Part shown: positions 38,661 to 47,454 of the stretch, in pieces
Layout: each line of letters starts with the position of its first letter
How positions within the stretch are numbered: the first letter of the stretch is position 1
Notes under the pieces: generated by a model
Database searches by the model: none
Seen by the model: the letters and a program-made list of their open reading frames with translations, nothing else
Told to the model about the DNA's origin: nothing
Virus record (IMG/VR): IMGVR_UViG_3300028864_000007
Coordinates: 1 to 50,988 of that record
DNA length: 50,988 nt
Source of the DNA: a virus
Lineage: Duplodnaviria; Caudoviricetes
Direction: 5' to 3' (one strand)
Translations under genes and position numbers: made by a program

Positions 38661-39272
38661 ATGGAATTGATTAAACCTAATTACGAAATCCTATCACCAA
38701 TTGATGGTGCTGCCATTCTGAAGTCTCTGGAAATGGCTGGAAGAGTTTGTTACAAAAGTGAAGAAAAGATTACTCCAGAAAGTGCGAGTAAGTTTGTTCA
38801 CATGCTAATCAACAAAGGGCATGAAAGTGTTCTTGAACATGAGAAAATCTCTGTGAGGTTTATTTGTGACCGTGGTGTGTCACATGAAATTGTACGTCAC
38901 AGAATAGCAAGTTTCTCACAAGAAAGTACTCGTTACTGTAACTACAAAGGTGGAGTTGCTTTCATACTTCCTTTTTGGCTTCTTAATGCTGGTCAAGCAG
39001 AACTTGAAGTTTGGAATCAGGCAATGAGGATTGCTGAAGAGAGCTATCAGATGCTCATCAAACTCGGTTGGACTCCTCAACAAGCACGGTCAGTACTTCC
39101 AAATAGTACAAAGACTGAAATTATCGTTACTGCAAATTTACGTGAATGGAGAACTATCTTCAAGCAACGTACATCAAAAGCTGCTCATCCTCAAATGAGA
39201 GAAATTATGTGTCCTCTATTAGATGAGTTAGCATTTGCTATCCCAGTAGTATTTGAAGATATAGAGTATTAG
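38661..39272 (+). CDS. thyX: FAD-dependent thymidylate synthase
   Basis: GHESVLEH, RHRIASFSQESTRY signature, ARSVLP, NLREWR. Confidence 0.95.
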   Translation: MELIKPNYEILSPIDGAAILKSLEMAGRVCYKSEEKITPESASKFVHMLINKGHESVLEHEKISVRFICDRGVSHEIVRHRIASFSQESTRYCNYKGGVAFILPFWLLNAGQAELEVWNQAMRIAEESYQMLIKLGWTPQQARSVLPNSTKTEIIVTANLREWRTIFKQRTSKAAHPQMREIMCPLLDELAFAIPVVFEDIEY

Positions 39273-39273
39273 C

Positions 39274-39654
39274 ATGAGCACACAGGGACACTATCTTAAT
39301 AACTTGTGGAGATGGAAGTGTGGAATGCCAGAATTGCAAGAGCCAATTAAGGTAACACTTGATTTTGACGAGTTAGCCAAATCTCAGATGTCAGAACAGT
39401 TTGTAGAGTACATGGCCAATAGAATGGTACTCGGTACATTCAGGTATGGCAAATGGCAGGATAACAAGAAGAATGGAGTCAAGATTGACAGAATTTCTTC
39501 TATTCGTAAAAGACTCGATTTATTTGAGAAAACTGGTAATTCAGAATATCTAGTTGATATAGCCAATTTGGCAATGATTGAATTTGAAATTAGTGACCAT
39601 CCTAACTTATACTTTGCAGCTATTGATGATGGTTGTCATGCAGAATTTAAATGA
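39274..39654 (+). CDS. Hypothetical protein, possible all-alpha NTP pyrophosphatase-like fold
   Basis: G..RYG and EYLVDIANLAM motifs. Confidence 0.45.
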   Translation: MSTQGHYLNNLWRWKCGMPELQEPIKVTLDFDELAKSQMSEQFVEYMANRMVLGTFRYGKWQDNKKNGVKIDRISSIRKRLDLFEKTGNSEYLVDIANLAMIEFEISDHPNLYFAAIDDGCHAEFK

Positions 39655-39935
39655 AGAAAGAAAGTGAGAAAGTAGTTGAGAGAACTCTTCGTGAAGATGT
39701 TGAGAAAATGAAAGGACTTTGCATAAAGTTACTTACTCAATTCTTTATGGGATTGCCTGACAGGCTTATACTACTTCCTGGTAAAATAATATTCTTCGTT
39801 GAAACAAAGTCAACTGGAGATGAGCCAAAAGACATACAAAAGTGGGTGCACAAGAAGATAATAGATTTAGGCTTTGATGTGTATGTACTTGATACTGTAG
39901 AAAAGGTAAAAACAACACTCAAGAAGTATGAATGA
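39651..39935 (+). CDS. VRR-NUC domain nuclease
   Basis: EK..E, GLPDRL, FVETK, Q...H. Confidence 0.9.
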   Translation: MKKESEKVVERTLREDVEKMKGLCIKLLTQFFMGLPDRLILLPGKIIFFVETKSTGDEPKDIQKWVHKKIIDLGFDVYVLDTVEKVKTTLKKYE

Positions 39936-41385
39936 AAAGGACTTACATAATTATCAGTTACAATGTGTTGACCACGGTATGCAAAATAAGTATTCAGGCT
40001 TATTCCTTGATATGGGCCTTGGTAAGACTGTTATTACTCTTACTATTATCAATAAGCTCTTATATGAAGAACTCGAGATTAAGAATGTACTTATCGTCGC
40101 GCCTAAAAGGGTGGCTGAAACAGTATGGGAAGAAGAAGCTAAAAAGTGGGACCATTTAAAGCATCTCAAGTTCTCTAAGATTATTGGCTCACAGAAAGAA
40201 CGCATGGAAGCAATCAATGCTAAAGCTGAAGTATATATCATATCTCGTGATAATATTGCTTGGCTGTGTGGCTTATTTGGTGGTCTTAAACTACCTTATG
40301 ACATGCTTGTGTTAGATGAACTTAGTAGTTTCAAAAGTCATAGAGCGCAACGGTTCAAAGTATTAAAGAATGTACGTACATCACTTACACGTGTAATAGG
40401 TCTAACAGGTACGCCAGCCTCCAATGGATTTATAGATTTGTGGGCGCAACTCTATTTAATTGACAGAGGTGAACGTCTTGAAAAGACAATATCAAGATAC
40501 AGAGAACTATATTTCAGAGCTGGCCAAACCGTAGGTAATGTTGTATATTCATATAAACTTCTCACTGACAGTGAAGCTAAAATTACTGAAAAGATTAAAG
40601 ACATTTGTATCAGTATGAAGTCTTTTGATTACTTACAAATGCCAATGAGGACAGACAACTTTATTCCTGTGGTCCTTACGTCAGACGTACAGAAGTCTTA
40701 TAACAAGTTTGAACAAGAAAATATCATAAGTTTATTTGGTGGGCCAGACGAAGGCATACAAGTTATTACTATGTATGACGAGAATGGTGAGCCATACATA
40801 CTTGAAACTGAAGAGCCAAAACAGATTACAGCCTTAACTGCTGCTGCACTATCAAACAAGTTATTACAGTATGCAAATGGAGCTATCTACGATGAAAATC
40901 ATGACTACCATGTTGTACACGACCAGAAGTTAGATGTTCTTGAAGAAATAATTGAAGATGCAAACGGGCAAAGTGTCCTTGTAGCTTGGAATTATAAGCA
41001 TGACCGTGACCGTATTATGAAGCGGTTAGAAAAGTATAAACCTCGTGAATTGAAAACAAGTAAAGACATCAATGACTGGAATGATGGTAAGATTCAAGTC
41101 CTATTAGCCCATCCAGCTTCTGCAGGTCATGGCCTTAATTTGCAACGTGGCGGAAGTCTAATTGTATGGTTCTCTGTTAACTGGAGTCTTGAGTTATATC
41201 AGCAGTTTAATAGCCGTGTATACAGACAAGGTCAAGATAAGCATGTTATAATTCACCATTTAATTGCTGAACACACTCATGACGAAGATGTAATGAAGGC
41301 TATCCAAGCTAAAGACAGAAAGCAAGAAACTCTCCTAAGTGCTATTAAAGCTAAGGTCAGTAAATATGTCAATGGATTTTCTTAA
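39928..41385 (+). CDS. SNF2-family helicase
   Basis: DMGLGKT, LDELS, LTGTP, GHGLNLQ, QFNSRVYRQGQ. Confidence 0.92.
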   Translation: MNEKDLHNYQLQCVDHGMQNKYSGLFLDMGLGKTVITLTIINKLLYEELEIKNVLIVAPKRVAETVWEEEAKKWDHLKHLKFSKIIGSQKERMEAINAKAEVYIISRDNIAWLCGLFGGLKLPYDMLVLDELSSFKSHRAQRFKVLKNVRTSLTRVIGLTGTPASNGFIDLWAQLYLIDRGERLEKTISRYRELYFRAGQTVGNVVYSYKLLTDSEAKITEKIKDICISMKSFDYLQMPMRTDNFIPVVLTSDVQKSYNKFEQENIISLFGGPDEGIQVITMYDENGEPYILETEEPKQITALTAAALSNKLLQYANGAIYDENHDYHVVHDQKLDVLEEIIEDANGQSVLVAWNYKHDRDRIMKRLEKYKPRELKTSKDINDWNDGKIQVLLAHPASAGHGLNLQRGGSLIVWFSVNWSLELYQQFNSRVYRQGQDKHVIIHHLIAEHTHDEDVMKAIQAKDRKQETLLSAIKAKVSKYVNGFS

Positions 41386-41469
41386 TAAGAGTTAAAATTC
41401 CATAATAAATATGAAATAATTTTTTCATGTCATTTATATATATTATATTAGCAGTATAAAATTACAACA

Positions 41470-43272
41470 ATGCAAATCAAAAACTCACTTCTTATTACTC
41501 TCGGCCATAATTCAAGTGCCATCTTAGTGTATTATAACGGAACCAGGATAATTGGTTATGAGCAAGAACGTATTGACGGTATCAAGTCGTCAAGTGCTTT
41601 TCCAAGTGGAGCAATATTCAAAATTGCAGAAGTACTCGGCATGCAATATATGCAAGGTTGTAAAGTGTATATCTCTCATTGGTTTGACTGCGATAAGTCA
41701 GGTCATAAATTCAAGCCAAGTAAATACATGACTGAAATTGACATGGCTAATCTTTTGGCATTCACTACACTAGAAAATATATCATTTTGCGATTCACTTG
41801 ATACACACCATGATGCTCATGCTTGTTCTGCATTGGCTTTCTTTAAGTACCATGCACATACTAATGATGTTTTCAAAGTTGGTGAGCATATGAAAGGTGA
41901 AGATATTCATGTCATTGTTGCAGACGGATTTGGTACAAATGGTGAAGTACTTTCAATCTACAAAACAAAACTCGATTCTACTTCTTTGGATTTAGTTACT
42001 TCTGTACGTAATTACCCAGCTTCTTTTGGTCTTATGTACCAATATGCAACGTCATTCACAGGAATGAAGGAAAACCAAGACGAGTACAAATATCTTGGTT
42101 ATGAAGCTCATATTGGTGAATATTGTGATTTAGAAGAGATTGACAGACTTGACTATTACATCGAGTCAACTGTTGAACATCTCAAGAATGCAAGGCTCAA
42201 CAAAAATGGATACATTTCAAATGGGCATGATTTAATAAACTTTGACAACCTTAATATTGTGAAGAATTGGTGGCACTCATGGTTTGAAGAAGTTTTAATG
42301 AACTCATGCAATGAAACTGAAATTCTGTTTGATTCATTTAAAGCACGTGTCATGATTGCTTATCTGATTCAACAATCTCTTGAAATATCGATGACACGCA
42401 TTCTTGATGAGTATGACATAAAGAATTGCATAGTTGTAGGTGGTGTGTTCTACAATGTAAAACTAAACAACAAGATTCTTACACATATTCCTGGTATATT
42501 CTGTGCTGCTCCATTAGCTGGAGACCAAGGTGCAGCAATTGGTATGTTCTACATTGACACTATAAACAAATATCCAATGTATGACTTCCCATTCAAGTCG
42601 TTGTGCATTGGCGAACGCAAGTTGCATGGAATTGAGAAATTCAAGATTCCAAACATGAAGCATGTAATCGTTGATAGTGATGCAAAACGCTTCGATGTTA
42701 TTAAGCAAATTGCTACTGATATTGTAAACAATAAAATTGTGAATCTAGTAAGTGGTCCTATGGAATTTGGTCCACGTGCTTTGTGCAACACTTCTACACT
42801 CATGCTTCCTACTCAAGAATTAGTTGGCATCAACAATTACTTGAACAATCGCAACGAAGTAATGCCATGTGCACCTGTAATGCTCAAAAGAAATGCAGAA
42901 CATTTGTTTGACAAGAATGAACTTGACAGGGTTATTGGTTCAGACAACTTCATGATTTGTACACATGATTATAGTGTATGGCACACTAATTCTATGGCAG
43001 GTGTAATGCACAAGAAACCACTTGAAGATGTATATACTGGCCGTCCACAAATTGTATCTGATGATTCATTTATTGGTCAAATTCTACAGAAAGTTGAATA
43101 CATGTGTGGTGAACGTGCGCTTGTAAACACAAGCTTCAACACTCATGGACGTCCAATAGCATTTGAAACAATGGATATAATCCATAACTTCAATTACCAA
43201 ACAAGTAGGATAAATAGTCAACTGGCAAAAGACTTAGACTTCTTCAAGTTGTACATAATTGACATTGAATAG
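41470..43272 (+). CDS. Carbamoyltransferase (NodU/CmcH/TobZ family), putative 5hmC carbamoyltransferase
   Basis: GHNSSA, EQER, HHDAHA, ADGFG, EYKYLG, GGVFYN, AGDQG, MEFGPRAL, NTSFNTHGRPI. Confidence 0.92.
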   Translation: MQIKNSLLITLGHNSSAILVYYNGTRIIGYEQERIDGIKSSSAFPSGAIFKIAEVLGMQYMQGCKVYISHWFDCDKSGHKFKPSKYMTEIDMANLLAFTTLENISFCDSLDTHHDAHACSALAFFKYHAHTNDVFKVGEHMKGEDIHVIVADGFGTNGEVLSIYKTKLDSTSLDLVTSVRNYPASFGLMYQYATSFTGMKENQDEYKYLGYEAHIGEYCDLEEIDRLDYYIESTVEHLKNARLNKNGYISNGHDLINFDNLNIVKNWWHSWFEEVLMNSCNETEILFDSFKARVMIAYLIQQSLEISMTRILDEYDIKNCIVVGGVFYNVKLNNKILTHIPGIFCAAPLAGDQGAAIGMFYIDTINKYPMYDFPFKSLCIGERKLHGIEKFKIPNMKHVIVDSDAKRFDVIKQIATDIVNNKIVNLVSGPMEFGPRALCNTSTLMLPTQELVGINNYLNNRNEVMPCAPVMLKRNAEHLFDKNELDRVIGSDNFMICTHDYSVWHTNSMAGVMHKKPLEDVYTGRPQIVSDDSFIGQILQKVEYMCGERALVNTSFNTHGRPIAFETMDIIHNFNYQTSRINSQLAKDLDFFKLYIIDIE

Positions 43273-43273
43273 T

Positions 43274-43924
43274 ATGCCAACAATATTCCACAAAAAAGGT
43301 CCAACCATTATAGCATTCTCTGGAGGGTGCTATAGTGGCAAGACGACCTCAATGCAACGTCTACAAAGGCATATTGGCTTAGATAGGTGTACATTATTGA
43401 GTGAGTTGATACGTGAAAAGTTGTTAACTACAATTGATGATGTTAGGTCAAAGCCATCTGAATATTTACGATTGCAATGCGACATTATAAAACAGAAGAT
43501 TAATCAGGAAATGGAGCTTCTTTTGTATAATAAACAAAGAGTCATTTTGGTTGACAGGTCTATCGCTGATTCGCTATTCTACTTGCTATTTTATGTGGAC
43601 AAACATTCATTGACTGAGAATGAACTACGTGCTTATTACGGAATATACAAGTACACGCATGATTATGCCAACTTCGCTTATAAGAGTATCTACTCGTCCG
43701 TACTATTCTTTGAACCAATTAAAGCTGATTGCATTGACAACATCAATCGACCTAAAGCAATAAACTCTACAATGAAGTTCTTTGAGCGTGACGTAATTAA
43801 GTCAATCAATGAACAGTACACTGACCAACTATACACCATTGACCTCAACAAAGAAACAGAATTGTTTACTGACTCTGCAAAAATGGACAAACTCTTATTT
43901 GACACTGTAGGATGGAAAATATAA
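43274..43924 (+). CDS. P-loop nucleotide kinase (AAA_28 / dNMP-kinase-like)
   Basis: SGGCYSGKTT Walker A; ILVDRS; likely start MPTIF right after the upstream stop. Confidence 0.75.
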   Translation: MPTIFHKKGPTIIAFSGGCYSGKTTSMQRLQRHIGLDRCTLLSELIREKLLTTIDDVRSKPSEYLRLQCDIIKQKINQEMELLLYNKQRVILVDRSIADSLFYLLFYVDKHSLTENELRAYYGIYKYTHDYANFAYKSIYSSVLFFEPIKADCIDNINRPKAINSTMKFFERDVIKSINEQYTDQLYTIDLNKETELFTDSAKMDKLLFDTVGWKI

Positions 43925-44805
43925 AGGCACCGTCTCACTTTAAGATAAGTGAAGAAGTTGAAAAGAGAATGTACCAAGATACATTCAGACTTCTTGACAC
44001 GAATGTGTTTGGCAGATTCTGTGAAGACATGAGGAAATGTAATGACACAGACTTACTTGAAGTTGAGAACTATTCTTTCAGAATAAACCCACTTTCACAA
44101 TACTTTTATCTTTGCTCTCCTGCTAATGACGAGTCTTACTTCTCAAAGAATAAAGCATGTGCATTGATGGACTGGTACCTAAATGGTGACAGAGATGATT
44201 TATCAATATTAAAAGCTTTTCCTGAGTATGAATATCCTAATATCGATGATGATAACTTTATTCAGATTAACGAGTCTACTCGTCAGGTCTTTCCTAAGTT
44301 TAACAGCAATTATGGTTATTATTTATTCACTCAAGGATTCTTGTTTAAAGCATACGAAAAACTAAAAGCAAACAAGAACTCAAGACAAGCATCTATATCA
44401 ATCAATAGCAATCAAGTCATGTATGACCAATCTATTGACAAGTTATGTACAAACAATATAATGTTTCGCATACGTGATAATAAGCTTAATATGACTGTCC
44501 AGATGCGCTCTAATGACTTAATAAGAAACATGGTATATGACGTATTTACGTTCAGTCTTATTTATGGCATTATGTTTAATTCACTTACATTCACATATCC
44601 TGAATTAGGTGTAGGCGAGTACTATCATACTTCAGCTTCTATGCACATACATAAGTCTGATATTGACAAATTAATGTATGCTATGAAAGCTGAGTCACAA
44701 ATAAGGCCATGCTTTAAACTACGATTAAATTTCTATGACCCATATTATCTTGATAAGTTGAAAGCTAAAGTCGCTAAAATAACCAATCTAACATTTAATG
44801 TGTAA
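43912..44805 (+). CDS. Thymidylate-synthase-fold protein 1 (cytosine-type, divergent folate site)
   Basis: NSNYG, RQA, DKLCT, MRSNDLIRNMVYD, SMHIH. Confidence 0.85.
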   Translation: MENIKAPSHFKISEEVEKRMYQDTFRLLDTNVFGRFCEDMRKCNDTDLLEVENYSFRINPLSQYFYLCSPANDESYFSKNKACALMDWYLNGDRDDLSILKAFPEYEYPNIDDDNFIQINESTRQVFPKFNSNYGYYLFTQGFLFKAYEKLKANKNSRQASISINSNQVMYDQSIDKLCTNNIMFRIRDNKLNMTVQMRSNDLIRNMVYDVFTFSLIYGIMFNSLTFTYPELGVGEYYHTSASMHIHKSDIDKLMYAMKAESQIRPCFKLRLNFYDPYYLDKLKAKVAKITNLTFNV

Positions 44806-45260
44806 TGGCAAAACAAAATCTTAAATTTACTAGAGTGAGAACAGTCAAACCTCCTCACAGAGGCACTGACAAGTCAGCAGGCATAGACTTCTTTGTGCCA
44901 AGTGAAATTGAACGAATTGACCTACAACCTGGTCAAGCAGCATTGATACCTTCTGGTATTCATGTCAAAGTGCCAATGGGTTATGCACTAATTGCGTTCA
45001 ACAAATCTGGTGTAGCAACAAAACAAGGATTGCAGGTTGGTGCTTGTGTAGTTGATGAGGACTATGAAGGTGAACTTCACATTCATGTGATAAATGTATC
45101 TGACAGTGAAACAATTATAGTTGGTGGTCAGAAGTTAGTACAGTTTGTATTGCTTCCTGTTTATTATGCTGAAGTTGAAGAAACTGAGTCAGTAAAAGAC
45201 CTTTACGCAGGTTCAAACTCTGCACGTGGAACTGGTGGATTTGGTAGTACTGGAAGCTAA
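44805..45260 (+). CDS. dut: Trimeric dUTPase-family pyrophosphatase
   Basis: SAGIDF, KSG, VDEDYEGE, VQ, RGTGGFGSTG. Confidence 0.9.
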   Translation: MAKQNLKFTRVRTVKPPHRGTDKSAGIDFFVPSEIERIDLQPGQAALIPSGIHVKVPMGYALIAFNKSGVATKQGLQVGACVVDEDYEGELHIHVINVSDSETIIVGGQKLVQFVLLPVYYAEVEETESVKDLYAGSNSARGTGGFGSTGS

Positions 45261-45769
45261 TGGAAGAAAGGATAAGCGAGAAATTCGCAACCATAGACGA
45301 ACTAACTGCAGATGCATATTTCAAAGATGCACTTGCTGAAGTACTTGTAAAGTTTGAAAACAGAAAAGAGCCACCTGCAGGAATGCATTACAAACGTGGC
45401 AAGTATGAATACCTTGTAGAAGGCAAGTACTTGACTGTAGAAAGGTTCATTGCTCTATTCAATGTGATTAACAGACACATTGGGCCTAAGCATCCAATGG
45501 CTGTGCGTGAGTTTGTTAAAGATGTAGTAATTGCAGTCAGTGTTGAAACAATCAAACATTACAGAAGCCTTGACATTCTTGATACAGTTGACCCAATTCC
45601 TGATAATGACGAAGTATGTCAATTATGTGGTGGTGAAATGGAGCAATTTGATGGCGAGTACAAACGACTTCAACATGATAATGGTAGTGAACCAGAAGAG
45701 ATACCAATTTGGGAATCATTCAAGTGCAAACTGTGCGGTAACATCATAAGCAACGAACCTGAAAAGTGA
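45260..45769 (+). CDS. Hypothetical protein with C-terminal Zn ribbon
   Basis: CQLC...CKLC; translationally coupled to dut. Confidence 0.7.
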   Translation: MEERISEKFATIDELTADAYFKDALAEVLVKFENRKEPPAGMHYKRGKYEYLVEGKYLTVERFIALFNVINRHIGPKHPMAVREFVKDVVIAVSVETIKHYRSLDILDTVDPIPDNDEVCQLCGGEMEQFDGEYKRLQHDNGSEPEEIPIWESFKCKLCGNIISNEPEK

Positions 45770-45921
45770 AAGCAATATACCTTCATATTGGAGACTTAGT
45801 AGTAATTGGTGAAAACCAATATGCTGCTAAAGAAGAAGGATTTGTAGAAGTTCCTGCAGAAGCTATTCAAGTCACTAAAGAAGGTTTACAAATTAATATA
45901 GCAATCTATTATGATATTTAG
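45766..45921 (+). CDS. Hypothetical protein, 51 aa (GTG start)
   Basis: Hand translation MKAIYLHIGDLVVIGENQY...; GTGA overlap fills the gap. Confidence 0.5.
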   Translation: MKAIYLHIGDLVVIGENQYAAKEEGFVEVPAEAIQVTKEGLQINIAIYYDI

Positions 45922-46588
45922 ATATAACAATTGTGTCTTTGAAGATGCCAACGAGGTATTCACTTACATGTATGACCAGATTATGCAGTTTGGTCATGAG
46001 AATGGAAATGGTACACGTAAACTACTCAATGTAGGCTTCTATATGATGCACCCTGGTCAACGTTTAATTGCTTGTGATTGGCGCAAGTGGAGTGGCAAGT
46101 ATGCAGAACGTGAATGGCAATGGTACCAATCACAAAATAGAAGTGTAGCCGAACTTAAGAAGTTTGCTCCTACTTGGGACAAGATGCACAATGGCAACAA
46201 CATCGTCAATTCTAATTATGGTTGGCAATGGAACAGAAATTACCAGCTAGAAGGTGCCATAAATCTGCTACGTGAAAATAAGCATACACGTCAAGCTTGT
46301 ATAACTATATTTGATGGTAAAGAAGCTGACCAGTATGCTTATGACACTCCCTGCACGATGTATATCAACTTCATATTTATGGAAGAATATGGATTGTGCA
46401 TGGAAGTACACATGAGGTCTAATGACCTTGTCTATGGATTCTGTAATGACCAGTATTGCTTCAGCAAGTTGCAAGAGTATGTTGCTGTACAACTTAATAT
46501 GAAGATTGGTTGGTACTACCATTTTGCAAATGACTTACACATATACGAAAAGCATTTTGACTTAAAGCCCCAAAGATTAGGTATATAA
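45911..46588 (+). CDS. Thymidylate-synthase-fold protein 2, likely dCMP hydroxymethylase
   Basis: REWQWY, NSNYG, RQA, DTPCT, MRSNDLVYGFCND, DLHIY; matches the T4 gp42-type pattern. Confidence 0.85.
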   Translation: MIFRYNNCVFEDANEVFTYMYDQIMQFGHENGNGTRKLLNVGFYMMHPGQRLIACDWRKWSGKYAEREWQWYQSQNRSVAELKKFAPTWDKMHNGNNIVNSNYGWQWNRNYQLEGAINLLRENKHTRQACITIFDGKEADQYAYDTPCTMYINFIFMEEYGLCMEVHMRSNDLVYGFCNDQYCFSKLQEYVAVQLNMKIGWYYHFANDLHIYEKHFDLKPQRLGI

Positions 46589-46633
46589 TCCTTGTTTAGA
46601 TTTCTGTTAACTTAAAATTAATAATCGAACGCA

Positions 46634-47137
46634 ATGACACAAAGTGAACAAGAACTGTTAGAACTTGCAAAGCAAGTGATAGAACTCAATGACAAGAATT
46701 TAGGTAGTATTATGCTTACAGGCTCATTAATGTTAGCTGTAAGAGGTCTCAACAAAGCAAGAGAAGCAGGCGACATAGATATTCTGTGTAGCATGCTTAC
46801 TGCATATGAACTAGGCCATCCTGTTATGCCTGCTGGATTTAAGGAAGTAGGCATTGATGGAATGAAGTCTGAAGTAAATGCTATCCAGTTCAAAAACGAA
46901 GATGGCATTAAAGTTGAGTTCATGCATTCTGAAGAGCCAAGAGACCTCGTTGATGGTGTATACTGCGCTCAAGTGAATGGCATGTTATATGCCAAAGTTT
47001 TGTATTCTTCACGTGATAAGAATGAAGAATCAAGAAAGAAACATGTAGCTGATGTTCTTTATTTCTTAGAGCATAATGATGCTACATACACCCCAAAGCT
47101 TACTAAACAAAATTCTGCAGACGATTTACCTTTTTAA
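46634..47137 (+). CDS. Putative nucleotidyltransferase-fold protein
   Basis: LTGS...REAGDIDI motif; later KKHVADV. Confidence 0.6.
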   Translation: MTQSEQELLELAKQVIELNDKNLGSIMLTGSLMLAVRGLNKAREAGDIDILCSMLTAYELGHPVMPAGFKEVGIDGMKSEVNAIQFKNEDGIKVEFMHSEEPRDLVDGVYCAQVNGMLYAKVLYSSRDKNEESRKKHVADVLYFLEHNDATYTPKLTKQNSADDLPF

Positions 47138-47139
47138 TT

Positions 47140-47454
47140 ATGGTAGGAGCATTAATAACAGCAGTAGTACTGATTACTTGGTTTAAGTTTTCACATGACT
47201 ACACTACTAAGCAACACAATGCCAAAGTAGATTCACTGAACTTTGAGTTACAAAAATGCAAGATTGAGATTGACTCTCTTTGTAAGAAGCTACACAGCAA
47301 GAGTACAGAATTAGATGCAACAAAAGCATCATTGACAATGTCAACTGCAAAGAATGACAAAAATCACAAGAAACTCAAGTTGATTACTTATATACTTGAA
47401 GACAGAGACCTTGAAAACAAACTTTCCAAAATACTAGACGCAATCAATGCTTAA
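47140..47454 (+). CDS. Membrane-anchored coiled-coil protein
   Basis: N-terminal hydrophobic helix, then heptads. Confidence 0.65.
   Translation: MVGALITAVVLITWFKFSHDYTTKQHNAKVDSLNFELQKCKIEIDSLCKKLHSKSTELDATKASLTMSTAKNDKNHKKLKLITYILEDRDLENKLSKILDAINA

Noticed and set aside
43912-46588. Ordinary thyA genes or a 5hmU (thymidine) hypermodification pathway
   Set aside because: Both have Asp, not Asn, at the specificity position; ThyX is present; no dCMP deaminase was recognised
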